A DNA stretch of 64,000 bases. It comes from Camelus dromedarius. Its lineage: Eukaryota. Both the position numbers and the translations under genes were made by a program. The notes under the pieces were generated by a model that had not been told where the DNA came from, made no database searches, and was given only the letters and a program-made list of their open reading frames with translations. The stretch is from contig NC_087436.1 of assembly GCF_036321535.1 (NCBI RefSeq), positions 102,178,001 to 102,242,000 on the forward strand. The letters are read 5' to 3'. How positions within the stretch are numbered: position 1 is the first letter of the stretch; each line of letters opens with the position of its first letter. Shown here one piece after another: positions 35,041 through 48,696 of the stretch.

Positions 35041-38000
35041 ATTTTCAAATGATGAAATGTTACTGGGCTAAAGTAAGAAAATAACAAATGTTGCCCTTAA
35101 ACTTTTGATACTGAATTAACCCAGACAGCAGAATTATTCTGTATCTTAACTCAATGAAATAAATTATATCTTAGTTCAATAGTAAAAGAAATTCTTATTC
35201 ACTTCCACCTTGATAGCTTCAAATAAATTATATGAAAATATTCTAGGGCATACGAATGACTGTAAAGTGTGAGAACTTTCATAATTATGAATAAAATTTT
35301 AAGTATACGTGAACGAGAACCTGCAGTTTTTTGACTAACCAGAGGTCAATGAATAACAAATGCCCTAAAAAAAGAACTATAGTTTGATTTATTATTTTTT
35401 TCTTTTCTAAGAACCATTATTTCTAGCTGCTTAATGCAGACCAGAGAATAGTGGCTCCTTTACAGATGAGTGGGACAATTTATACATCTGAAAGGTTAAT
35501 ATTGCCATTCTCTTGAAATCTGCCTCTATGTAGCCCTGAGCATTCTTGTCTACATTTTCTTTACTATTCCTAGATTGCTATTATTTTATGTGTCAAGGAT
35601 GTGGAAGTCATAGAATAGTCTTTTCCTTTTAAAACAAGAAATAATTGCTTTCTTTTCTATTTTAACCTTCATTCATCATGAGAATAAAGAAAAAAGGCAA
35701 AAATAAGGTCACAGATTTTTCGTTGAAGAACTATCACTATCAATGATTTATATCACAGTGTTATTACTAAAAATATATCAAGTGACTTCTATGAAATAAT
35801 ACAGAATGGTTTAGTCATTTTCGATTTCCAGCTACATGAGGGTTATGTTCTTAGGTAGAATAACGGCTAAATAGTGCAGACCACACATACTGATTTCCTG
35901 TTTTGGGAAAGCTTCTTTTCAGATTCCTCTAAGTCATCATGGCAAAAGAATAAAACATTTTTCATAGGAAATAATGGCAACACTCTTATTAAGACACTGG
36001 ATGCTGATTAATTCCTAGTGTCAGCTGGTGCTATTTGCACTCTGACTGAGTCACAGATTTTACTGGTTGATAGATACTCTTTCCTAGTTGTTAGCTTGTA
36101 TCACTCATATCCATTTGGCAAGTTTTACTATGGATTGTTCTGTATTATAGTTTGGCGTCTTGAATTAATATATTCACAATAATCTCTGATGTAATAAAAT
36201 GGTCTGTTTTGTTTATCAGATTCCAATGAGACTAAATGCCACTCTCAGAGAGATGTGATTTTGAACCGGCAAGACATGAGAAATTGGCACTGGGAGTAAG
36301 TAGCTTTTATGTCAAAGTTGTCAAACCAATTTTTTTTGCCACTTTTTGGCTGGAATTTTTCTTTATACCAGATGGCTTTGTTTTTTAGATGTTTGTGAAA
36401 ATGCTAGATATGTACTTCCCCCCTGAAATTTTCTTTGCACCTTATCCTGTTATGTACCTTGTCCAAGTTTCTAAACAAGTGAGGATAATTAATTTGTTTT
36501 TATAAAGAGTTTTTAGTCTACTTTGCACAAAATTAAATTGAATCATCATGCTACTTCATTTAAGCATAAGTTTGCTTTATTTCTGTAGTGGTTTCTGTTG
36601 TGCAGGTCTATGGAGATGTAAAGATGAAATTACGTAGTCCCCATCTACAAAGTTTGTGCACATAGAAAACAGTAATTATAATGTTATGAGGCACTCTGCA
36701 TTAGACTTAATACATGTACGGAAGAGTAAGAAGATATATTTAGATATGGAATGATGAAGAAATGACTCATCAGAGAGAGTTTGACTTGAGGTTTGAAAGT
36801 TGAAGATATTTGACAGTCAGTACCATTGGAGGGGTTTGAAGAGAACAAGAGTTAGAAACATATGAAGAAATAAATGAATTCATAAACGAGTTAATAAAGA
36901 AGGCTTTCTTCTCTTTTAATATTCTTAAAATGTGTCTATTAATTATATCTAGGTATAATCAAAGTTCTCATTTTCATAGGGAAATACAATTATATTTATA
37001 AAAATGGCTTCTTTAGAATAGAAACGTTGGAATTTAACAGTGTTTGGAGCACATTGATAACTGTGACTTCATTAGTAGAAATTTACATACATATGACACA
37101 TACATCAACTATTATGATTGGGAGTAAAAGTATCCACAGCAATCCAACTATACCTGAGGTTAAGTCAGAATTTGGCCAAAGATACCTTTGTATATATTAT
37201 TGTTCCATGTGGATCTTTTTATCCTTTGAGAACAACAAAAATATCAATAAGGCTATAAACACTTATAATATGGACAGGATATCATATGGTCATTTATAAG
37301 TATACGTAAGTTATGCTTTCACTGTTCTGGGTAGAATTCATCCAAGTCTCTTCATTCAGGCTATGTTTGATTCAGCTGTTTTAGTGTTCAAATCCAATTC
37401 TATAATCCTAGGCTTTGTGAAATATGTAATGTGAACTTTTATAGCTTTAAAAAAGTGATCACATTATCTAAATATCAGATTTCTAATTTGTTCTAGTTGA
37501 AGGGTCATGTTCTAACAACTTTTCCCATATTTACAACAAAGAAATAAAAGAAAGCAGTACAGAACTAGGGATCTGTAGGAATTCCCACCAATTGTTTTTC
37601 CACCAATTGTTGGCAGAAATACTTATTAAAAAATTGAGAGACTGTTCACCAGAGCGAACATCCCATGTACTAAATAAAAGTTTTCATATCAAGGTTTTCT
37701 TCAGATTTTCCACAATCTCAGTTAGCTCCTGATCTAAGACTCTGTCAAGATCACTTTCTCCCTTACTACAAAAAGTTCGAGTTAAATTTTGCTTTACTGA
37801 CAGATTCCCCAGTGATAGTCTGGAGAGTTCAAGACAGGGAATATGATGAGGGCAATGTGGTCCATATTTGATTTGAAAGATCTGTGAGACTTCAGAGGGC
37901 ACTTGAAAATGTACATGGAGAGCTAAAATGTTGATAGAAATAAAGATAATAAGACTTTCAATAAATCAAGATCATATCATTCAGATGGATGAAATATGAT

Positions 38001-38159
38001 TTCAGGTCAAAAAACTGTAAACTAATAATGAGTACATTTTTATAACCTCCCATATCAAACTTCATAGACAACTTTCCCCTCTGTACATCCTCCACTTTAT
38101 GAAGGCTTGCCATGTCACACTCATTATCAGTTCTGTGATTTGTTGGTTTTTTAAAGAGC

Positions 38160-38850
38160 ATTCTATTATTTCTTCTATATTTATTTATATTTGTATAAAG
38201 TCTTATCCTCTTATTTTATTCAATGAGTTATAATACAATGCTAATATTCTTATTTTTGGTATTCAAATTGTCCCAGATGGCCAGTGAAAGCCAATTCAAG
38301 CTGGCTCCCATGTCCTTGGCTATGTCCCCATGATTATTTGAGCACTTTCTTACAGTCTAGTTCAACACGATGTTCCAGTCGATGTTCCACAATTACATTG
38401 CACTTTCTGTGGGACAACCTTAGAGTGCTGTTTTGTTTGTTTGTTTTGGAGAATTGTATTTGGAAACCAAGACCAAGGTGATAGCAACACAAATTGATTT
38501 ATCAGCTGGGTATTACTCTATTGTATATACGTAACATGATTTATAAAACCAGTTACATGTTAATAGACATGTGGAGTGTTATCAGCTTTTTACTGTTACA
38601 AACTGTTGTAGGGAATATTCTTGAATATATATATAATATATATATATATTCTTACATACATACATATATATGCTTACATTTGAAAATATATCTGTAGAGC
38701 AAATTTCTAGCAGTGAAATGTTGGATCAAGTTTGTATATTTAAAAATACAGATGTTTCCAAATTACCCTTTTTGAGAGTATTCAAAAATTGGACTAATTC
38801 ACACCTACTCCCATCAATGATGCATTAGAGTGCCTTAACCAGCAGTGTCA
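38160..38850 (-). mobile_element. Old L1 (L1MC/L1ME) 3' fragment
   Basis: 'ttcaaattgtcccagatggccagtgaaagccaattcaagctggctcccatgtcc' and 'tatctgtagagcaaatttctagcagtgaaatgttggatcaag'. Confidence 0.65.
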
Positions 38851-39401
38851 TGCTCAAATAAAACAGGGAAAACACAGATTACTGAATTTAGAAAGTGTCA
38901 GTAAATAGCATAATGGAAAATAAGAGCAAAATATTCAGAAAATTGGAAATAAAATTAGCTTGTGTGATTAAAATCAAACTAGGTATGATAAACTTCATTT
39001 TAAAGGCAGTGATTTCAATGTTCATTAGTGACTGTAGTTGATTATGATAAAATTTTACTGGCCTATATGAGATAAAAAATTAAAGATTATAATGTTAAAT
39101 CTTTTAATTGTAAAATAATATTCTGTGCTTTGATTTGATTTTCTTCTTGTTTATTTGGTGTTAAAATTGTGATATTAGGTGGCAGTTATTTGCACCTTAT
39201 ATTTCTATTCTCATCGTAGTACCACCTTTTATCCCACATTTTTTTGCATTTTCCATGTCCAAAAAAATTCAAAGATAGAAAAATCACTGTCGTGGGATAG
39301 AGAACAAAAAGGATAAAATAAGCCATTTTAGAAGTCTAATCAAGTGAGCAGGTTTTAGTGTCAGGGATCTATAACATAATTTTGTTTAAAAATTATAGAG
39401 C

Positions 39402-39560
39402 ACAAGTTTCCCAATGTAGCTCTAAAGCCTACATAATCATAATCGCCTGAGATGCTGCTAAAAAAAGACCCCTGAGAACTCCCTCAGAATTACTAAATCA
39501 GCATCATAGTGCATGTAGTCTACTACTTCAAAACATGGTCATATGATTCCTATCACACTA
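39402..39560. mobile_element. MER5-like hAT MITE
   Basis: 'aagtttcccaatgtagctc...cataatcgcctgagatgctgctaaaaa...ccctcagaattactaaatcagcatc'. Confidence 0.5.
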
Positions 39561-39909
39561 TAGTATAAAAGCTAGCAATACAAAATAACATATATGAAGA
39601 AAGAATGATAACAAAGACATCAATGTGAGATTCAAATAACATGATTTGTCAATATCTTCTAGCATCATTGGAAGATAAGTGTAGAAATGTCCCATATGCA
39701 CATGTATATCTGACCTTATTTTGGGGCAATAATAAATCATCAAGCTTCTCTAACTTCATACTATATATTCCCCAAACTTTCTAATACTCATCTTGCTGAA
39801 AGTAACCAATTAATAATTTGTTTTCTGTTTATTTGATATAGGGAAGAGGATATCCTATATATTAAATTACAAAAGTATGCTACTATAAAAGTAGGTTCCT
39901 TATTCTAGA

Positions 39910-40240
39910 AGAGGGGTTGGCAATCTTTTCCTGTGAAGGGCCAGATAATAAATACTCTAGGAACTGTGGATCATGAGGGCTCTGTCACTAGTTATTCAAT
40001 TCCACTCTGAGACTGAAAGTAATCATATACAATAGGCAAATTAGATTCTATAGCTATGTGGCAATAATATTCTATTTATAAAAAATAAACATAATTTTAT
40101 TATAAAAAATAAAATTGACATGAAATGGTACTCCTTTGATTTTTTTAATTATTTCAAAATGTAAAAAACTTTTTTTTTTTGTGGGACATACAGAAACATG
40201 CAATAGGACAGGAATGGATCATGGGTCGTAGTTTGCCATT
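39910..40240. mobile_element. MER58B-like hAT-Charlie MITE
   Basis: Termini 'aggggttggcaatcttttcctgtgaagggccagata' and 'atcatgggtcgtagtttgcca'. Confidence 0.8.
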
Positions 40241-41779
40241 TTATGTTCAAAATTAATGAATAGTATCTGTTTTTAGTATGGTTTCTTTATGACTGAATTT
40301 TTTAAGAGTCTATTACCAAATGATCAGGGTTTTTTTTTTTTTTATAAAAAATAAGTGAGTTTTTTGACATAGCAACTTTGAGATAAACACTATGAAGCAT
40401 CAAGACAAACTAAAGCCAAACTGCTTCTGGGTGAGGGAGGGGAAAGTGACTTTGCAAGTTTTCTTTCTCATTCTCATTTCCTCTTAATTCAGCTTCTTGA
40501 ATTCAAATAAAAATTAAATATTTCTGAAAGTGTTTTACAGGTATCCATTCATGTTGTCCTGAATAATTAATATGTTAAAAAGTCTTTACTCAAGCTAGCA
40601 TTGGAATATCTTAGGCATCATTAGGTGCCTGAAAAAAGAGGACCCAGTCTTGAGGCATTTGGTCCAAGACCTGATCCTAGCTTCAGAGCTCACCAGTTGT
40701 GTGATGTTAGGCAATTAAAAATAAATGATCTAAATCTAATTTTATCATTATAAAATATTGCTAATACTTATAAACAACAATTATATATCCAAAGATGATG
40801 TCATCATGAGAACAAGCTCAATAATCTACATGAAAATACTTGTAAGCCAATTTTTCATCTGTATCTAATATTCTAGTTCATGGCCTCATTTTCCACCTAT
40901 TCACTGATTTCAGGAATCTATGAATTGTTATAGATTTCCCCTTTTACTCCTTAATCACCAGTTATCAATTATCAAGTTCTACTGAGTCTACTTCCAACAT
41001 AACTCTCAGTTATACACTAAATTAAGTAATTCATCAAACTCATGCCTCCAAGGAGATAACAGTAAGATGGAAAAGGAAATCAAGTAACTGGGTGATTAAA
41101 ATATATTATAGTAATTCTTATATAATGGTTTGTATAGGATTATATGGAAATATTTAGGTAAAACACTCTACATTTTGGTTCAAAGGAGAGAGGGAAAGAG
41201 TTGCAAAATGTTTTAAGTATTAGGTATCCACTAAACTGCATCATAAATAATAATCAGAACCCCAGTAGAACTACTGCAGTGTTCATATGTAAGGCAATCA
41301 ATCATATCAACCAGTATGATTTAGGAGAAGGAAGAATGCCATGAGTTTTTGTCTCTGCACCCTACCATATCAGAGTAGATGAAGGATCCCTAGATGGAAA
41401 CAGGAAACAATGCCAAAAGGACTTCTGTTTTACAAGAATTTGAACATGGAAGATGAATCAAAATGAGTGTCAAAATGATCACAAGTGGAAAATAGCATAT
41501 ATTGAACAAAGAGAGAACTACTATCTAGGAAAATTAAAGTTTACAGTTGAATTAGTTTTTGAAGTGTCTATGGAAAACTTGCATACTTATTGTCATCATT
41601 AGGAAAGAAGGTAATAAGAAGAGGCAAACATGAGGATGATAGAAAGAAATATGACTCAGAGAGATTATTGGGTCATTGCATATTTTGAGACTGGAAAAGC
41701 AAAATTGCCTCAAGAGAGTTGAGAAGCTCTCAAAAACACATTTGGATTATGCAATTATAATATGTTTTTATGAAGGAGA

Positions 41780-42250
41780 AAAACAGAAGGCACCTAAAGC
41801 AATAGTATGAGAGGCCAGGGAGTTTTCCAATAAGTACAACTTCTGAAAACTTAAATAAAATGTATAAAAGATGGAAATAAGAACACATAACTAAAAACAA
41901 ATTTAAATGATAAGCACAAGTCTCAGAAAACCTAAGGGCAGTAGAAATTTAATAACAACAACAAAAAAGTTATTTTAATCTTTATTCAGACAATAAGGGG
42001 GAAATAATAATAGACCTGCTTAGAACAATGGACCACAGTTAATGAATGACAAAGACAGGATAGAAAAACTATTCAATTATAATGTGTCTATCTGTTGTTA
42101 CCTGAATAGAGAATATGGATTATTAACAAAAGAAGTCCTGTAGATGAAAATAACCACTAAAAAGACACCAATATGTCTTAGAGTCCTAATTCCATGCTCT
42201 CAGTGGATTATATTCTATAAAACTGAGAAAAGAAGATGTGAAGTGATCAT
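41780..42250 (+). mobile_element. L3/CR1 ORF2 fragment
   Basis: 'atgtataaaagatggaaataagaacacataactaaa' (MYKRWK*EHITK), 'aacaaaaaagttattttaatc', 'atagacctgcttaga' and 'gaatgacaaagacaggatagaaaaactattcaat' match the CR1 tether region. Confidence 0.6.
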
Positions 42251-43272
42251 TTTAAATACTATATTCTTTACTCAGGTTGTCACCTTCTTCTATCACAGTG
42301 TTCCATAGTAAGCATACAAAGAAGAAACGCTAGAGCAAACCTTAGGGTGGGAAGTGATTAAATAAATTTAACAAGACCACCATTGTAAATTACTGAGCCA
42401 TGATCAGAATGAGGGTTGTTTTGATTAACCTGAGAATCTGCCTGCCTGTTTGGAATCAGGTCGCTTTGCTAAGCTCAGTGGTTCCACCTGATATATTTAT
42501 ATTGTGTTGATGTTCAGGAAAGTCACCCCTCATCTGAGGTAATCATTAACATCTGATGAACTTGTGAAGCATCTATGTATTTGCTGAATACGAATTATAC
42601 ATGGAGTACAATAATTTTTCTTGATATTTGAATTTGGACTTCTGGGTTTCTTAAAAAATATCCAATTTTTATGTGAGAAAAATAATGATAACCTTAAAAT
42701 AACTATTCACTGACTGGAATTTTTAACATATTATATATATATATTATATACATTTTATCAGCAGCTCTCAGGCTCTATATATGTTCTGTTTCAAGCATAA
42801 CTAAAACTTAGATTATATATGTCCTTTGGTTTTAGCTTCCTTGCTGTTACTTCTTATCTGTTACATATTCAACTTTATTATTTTCATTTTGTTTCAGACA
42901 CTTCATATAATTAATAGATTATAGCACATGGACAATTAGCGATAACTGAAAATATTTCAAGAATGCAGCTAATAATGTGCTGTTTGGAACATTTGCTTTT
43001 CCTACATGCTTATACACATAATAGTTTTATTAGTAGAAAGAGATGTAATTTTAGATTATATGCTGGAAATACATATATACTTCTATTTATTAAAAAAAAA
43101 GAAAAACTTGTCCAACCGTGAAACTCAGTCCATATTGAAGATAACAAATTGTTAAACAGAAGTTTCTCTTAATTTAAAGATTTGAGATCATTCTATTTTA
43201 TAAATTCTGATGTAAGTGTTTAATTTTTTTTTTCCATTTCAAAATGAACTTGTATTTTCAGGAGACAGAAAA

Positions 43273-43751
43273 TATGTTCGATTCCTACCACAGCTGTGAC
43301 GTATTAGCACGAACTTGGTAGCTTAAAATAACACAGATCTGGATTTCAGAAGTTCAAAACATTTCATCTTGATAAAATTCAAATGTCACTAGGGCTTCGT
43401 TCCTTTCTGGAGTCTCTACAGGATAATATGTTTACTCGCCTTTTACAGTGTCTAGAGATTTCCCACATTCTTTTCTTTGTGATTTCATTTTATCTTCAAA
43501 GCCAGTAACAACCATTCATGTCTTTCTCCTACCACTCCTACACAGATGCTTCTCCTGCCTCCCTCTTCTACACTTTAGGATTCTGCATGGACCAACCCAG
43601 ATAATCTGGGATAATGTCCTTATTTTAAGGTCAGCTGGTTAGCAATCTTAGTTCCATCTTAATTCCCCCTTGCCAAGAAAGGTATAGAACTCACAGATTC
43701 TGAGAATTACAACATGGATATCTTTAGGATCCCTTTTATTCTGCTTATTAC
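43273..43751 (-). mobile_element. MaLR solo LTR, MLT1D-like
   Basis: 'aacttggtagcttaaaataacacag...ttttaaggtcagctggttagcaatcttagttccatcttaattcccccttgcca...attctgcttattaca'. Confidence 0.8.
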
Positions 43752-43999
43752 AGGAAAAAAAATGATTGTTTTGATATCTTCTAAAATACATGTTTAACAT
43801 CTGTATTAAAATTATTTTAAATATAACATGATTTGAAAAATAATATTTAATAAAGGTGAGTTAGAACAACTGGAAAGAACAGGACTTAGAGAATGACAGT
43901 ATAAATAGCTCAGTAGCTCTTTCCACAACAAAACAACAATTTAACTACTGAAATCACGTTTTTAAAAAAATCTTTCAAAGTCCCTAGACATTTGCTCAG

Positions 44000-44222
44000 A
44001 TGAGCTAAATTTATAGAGGGAGGAAGTATGCAGTGTTTGCTTAGGATAGAGGTCAGAGTTGGGCAGAGGGTAATGGAGATTGACTGCTAAGTGGCCCAAG
44101 ATTTCTTTAGGGGAAAGAAAAGGTTATTTGATTGTGATTATGGTTAAATAATCTTGTGAATTTACTGAAATATTCAATTTTACACTTTAAATTGTGAATT
44201 ATTAGTATATTAATTATATCTT
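44000..44222 (+). mobile_element. Old L1 3'-terminal fragment (L1MB/MC/MD type)
   Basis: 'gattgactgctaagtggcccaagatttctttagggg...gtgaatttactgaaatattcaattttacactttaaattgtgaattattagtatattaattatatct'. Confidence 0.7.
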
Positions 44223-46943
44223 TCTATTTCTTTCCTTACCAGGTTGCAACTTTTGGATGTTGAATTTTTGCCACTTGTCTCTATATTATAACTTTTGACA
44301 CAGTTCATCATTTCTGGTTCTGATTCAGATGATTTATTATTTAAAACTATAATTTATTTCCAAGGAATCAACTTCCAACCAGATTTTGATTTAAAAGTAC
44401 AGCAAAGAGGCAACAACAGTGATATTTTACTGTAAAAATTAATTGTCTATTTATTATACTCAAAAATCAAACAAGTATATTTATTACACTTAATAATAGA
44501 ATAAGTATAAAGGCCTAATACAAGTCAAATATATTTTTTCAATTATGTGTGAGCAATTGAAGTGCATGTGAGCCAGGTTCACGGTTCCTTGGGATGGAGA
44601 GGAAGTTTTGAAATAGCTCAGTTACCTGGACCCATATAATTTTCACTTACTTTTCCATAAAAATCCCCAAAATGGATCCTAAAATAGCTTTGTGGTCAAA
44701 GTTGTTTTGTTGTTAGTACAGCTACATATCGAATAGGCAAATGAACTGAATTATTATATAAAAATATTTAGTAATGTTCATTTTAACACAAGCAAATATC
44801 TCATCCAAATAATTTTCAGTTTTTGTTAACTTACATTAAGCTACTTTTTCCCTACAATACTGAAACAATACTGTAGTTCTTCATATGATGAACTTCTGAA
44901 GCAAAATTTTCTGTCATCAGCAAAAATTGCATATTTAAAACCACATAAGGCAAATAATCCCAAACTAGTCTGAGACCTGAAGTAAATATAAGAGAACAGA
45001 GGTTGGGAATTATCAGATAATCTCACAGCACTAATTATTCAGTAGTATTTTTAGAGTGTTAGTTTTTAGAGCATTACTAAGCTGGCTTTAGGCCAGCATC
45101 TCACTTCTCACTTAATTAAAAGATAGTGATACAAATGCTATGAGAAAATTCTTACATTACTCTTAGTAGTGTTTTATATTTAAAAAATACTGAGTATTGA
45201 TCAATATTGGATTTTTTTCTAATAACCTATTTGTTCCTTATAAAAGATTTTATAGAGGAAAAAAATAACTGGAAACACTTTCAGAAGAAACCAACCAAAG
45301 AAGTTTGAATGAATACTGGACCAAGAAAAACAAGTGATTATGATTTTTTTTTTTTTTTGGTTTACTAGAATTTATTAAACAATCTCAAGAGCATATAGCA
45401 AAAATAAGAACAGTAATAACTAAAGCCTCTGAGTTGAACAAGAGTATTGATAATTTAGCCTCTCGAAAAACCCACTGGAAAGGTACTTAAAAATGAAAAA
45501 GGCATTAGGCATCAATAACAATAATCACATCAGACAAAATATGTTATATTTTCTAAAACGAGTAATTCAGATACAGGAGTGATAAGTGACTTGAGAATGT
45601 GAAGAAAGGTATAATTTAATTGACTGTAGAGGGAGAAAACAATGTGAACTAAGCCAACTTGCCTCACAAAATCTCTTTACAAGCTCAGCTTTTATACATG
45701 CCAGGCCCCACAGAGGGCTGAGGTAGGATACCACTTCAAAAGAAGAAAAATTGGTTGAAGACTTTCTTGCTGAAGAGTGGGAAAGTCAAGCTGGCTGTGG
45801 AAAAGTCTGGTCTGCAGCTTTTGTAAATTGTGCAACTAGACAACTCTCATTACTCCTCCCTTTGTACCCCTCCCCACCCACCCAGCTCACTTCCCAACTC
45901 TCCAACCAAAGATCAGATGCAAATTCTCTAGAGAAAATGATCCAGAGAGGTGCAGCAGACCTGTTGCAGCAGAGGCTGGAAAGAGGCATGGGACTGAAAA
46001 GCAGGGGATAAAGAGAGAGTGTCCATCTAAATGGAGGAAACACAACCTCCTTCCTCTTCAGTGTACTTTTAGAATGCAGTTAAATTTATACTAACTCCTC
46101 AACACACAAGTGCACCTGCACGCACACACACACACACACCACACTCAAAGTAGGGGCGAGAACTCTCCTTTAAGGAAACAAAGTTCCATCACTAAAGTCA
46201 AATTTTGCCAAATTTCCAGCTCTGCTACTCTCAATCCTGCCCTCCGGGAGTTAGGAATATCCCTCTCAAAAAATTAATAATTCCAGACAGGCAGACAGGA
46301 AGTGAGATATTAATTTTCTGTATTCTTGGGTAGTTTCCCTTAAGCTTTATCAAGTCCACACATCCTGTCTGTAGCTAATTTATTATGAGTGCCCCATGTG
46401 TGGCTTCATGTTACTTCTCAGTTCCCTTTGAAAATGCTGTCTATTCAGCCATGGAAGAAAAACCTAATCTTGATCTTTACATATCTATGAAAAATCACTT
46501 CTATGTGGGGGCTGTCCTTTTCAATTTAGGCTAAAAATGCGACTGCTCTTTGGTGGTCTCTGTATGGGAATACATGTCCTCAGCATAACTTCCATGTGTT
46601 TCAGTGTCAGAAGTACAGCATATAGAGTGGGCAATGTCAGTGCTATTCTATCACATTTGATTCAGGACTCAGAAAAAGGGAATATACTAGACATCAATAT
46701 TTCCATGAAAAGAGTTATGAGTCAGAAGTCAGTGGAAAGTTGCTCTGGCATGGAACATATGATATTTCATGAAAATTAGAATACACTGAACCACAAGGGG
46801 AATGGATTCTGTGCAGGGAAAGTGATCACATATGTAGAGCTAACTGTTTCACTATTTAAACCTTATACTGTTTCTTTTCCTCTTTTCAATACGATGCTCA
46901 TTCCCTCTTGCAGCTACACAATTAAAGGCTTCTTGAATGGCTC

Positions 46944-47392
46944 CTATGGTAGCTAGTTTTCAAACAGGAACCCCAGTGAGCCACCACTGCTGGCATTCAC
47001 ATCATTGTGTAGTCCTTGTCCATGATGATTTTTGGATGACTCTGTGACTTGTTTTAATCAGTAGAAGGTGGTGATCAAACACTGTGCCAGTTTTGCTTCT
47101 AAATGTTAAAAGCTTGAAGGATTCCATTTTTGTGCTCTTGGAATCTCTGAGTTACCATGAAAATAGTTCAGCTACCATACATAGAGGGATGACATAGAGA
47201 GGCTATGATGCTACATACAAAGGGAGGGAGGCCCAGCTACCCAGTGTCCAAGTGGCCCAGTGGAGCCTTCAGATGACTCCAGCCCCAGCTGCCATTTGAC
47301 TGAAATTGCATAACAATTGATGAACCCTTCTGAGCCCTGCCAACCACTACATTTTGAGACAGTTAGCTATGTAGCAATAGAAAACTGTTGTA
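46944..47392 (+). mobile_element. MaLR solo LTR, MLT1H-like
   Basis: 'tatggtagctagttttcaaacaggaaccccagtgagccacc...gagccttcagatgactccagccccagctgccatttgactg...gctatgtagcaatagaaaactg'. Confidence 0.75.
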
Positions 47393-48320
47393 AGTTAAAA
47401 ATCATAGTTGCCTTATTAGGATCTTAATATCTTCCCAATACTCTATAACAAATACAACCTCACCATTTTACTTAATGTTTTTATCATTTTATTAAACAAA
47501 TTATAAAAATATCTGCATTATTACAATGATATTACACTAGCTAATGTGTTAAGTGGGACACCTAGCTAGCTTCTTATTTTCCTTTTCTCTGTAATAGTGT
47601 TCATTTTAACAGTGTTTTTGTCATAAACACCAAGTATGTCTAATTTAAATATTAGTATGAAGTTTCAAAAAAGTATGGGTAAGAAATATGGGTAGGCACA
47701 AAAATACACTAAAACTTTCAAGCAGTTCAGATATGAATATGAAAAATTTGATATAATTATTATTGAATAACTCTAACTTCCATATAGTATAGATGCTTTC
47801 TTGGCAATCAGCCTGGGGATGGACAGTCAGTGGGATGTGAATCATCTCGCAGTGATGTATTATTTGGCCAAACACATATAAAAGTCATTGTTGGAACCTA
47901 AGACACTCTGAGTTCCATTATTTTTCCCCATGAGAATCTTGGCAGACTCTCAGCTTTTTCTGTAGTGGTCAGCACAGTTAATGACTGAAGTCACCATTTG
48001 AGTCACCTTGAGTCTACAACACCACTGCTCTCTGTGACGCCACGTTCTCTGCTAGTCTTTACTGAAATCCCCTGTCACTGTTGTGTCATCTTGGCATTTC
48101 ATTTACTTGATGCGGTTTCTGTGCGCCCTGTGCTGGGAGTCTCTTCTTTCCCCACTCGTCCCACAGAAGCAATGGACCCCATCTGTTTTCCTCTTTCCTT
48201 GTGAAGGAGAAAATAACTTAGAGACTCCTTTTGCCTAGGGAGACATAGTTACTTTTTTCTTCTTTTCTCCTTTCTAGGTAAAAGTGTCTAAATTATTTCC
48301 CTTTTGATTGGTGGAACAAG

Positions 48321-48480
48321 CGCTCACGCTCGCTCGCTCGCACTCTGTCTCTCTCTCGCATCTCTGTCTCTCTCTCATCTCTGTCTCTCTCTCATCTCTG
48401 TCTCTCTGTGTCTCTCCACTCCTACCAAGGGGTTTCTCCATCTGCTCCACTCCATTTCTCTCTTGCTCTCTCTTTCCTCC
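48321..48480. repeat. (CGCT)n followed by degenerate (TC)n microsatellite
   Basis: 'cgctcacgctcgctcgctcgcactctgtctctctctcgcatctctgtctctctctc...'. Confidence 0.85.
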
Positions 48481-48623
48481 ACCTGCTTCACCTTTTTATC
48501 TACATAAATATTTATTGTGTTCTCATGCACTTTGTGTCAAACATCAGGCGAGGTACATTCATATACATTAATCTCAATTAATCCGTACAACAATCTTGGC
48601 GACATGTGTATAGGGATATACTA

Positions 48624-48696
48624 CAGAGACTCTTTAATACCAGAAATAAAGCAGAGACTCTTTAATACCAGAAATAAAGAAATACCAGAAATAAAG
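48624..48696. repeat. Perfect 28-bp tandem duplication plus partial third copy
   Basis: CAGAGACTCTTTAATACCAGAAATAAAG at 48624-48651 and 48652-48679; AATACCAGAAATAAAG at 48681-48696. Confidence 0.95.
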
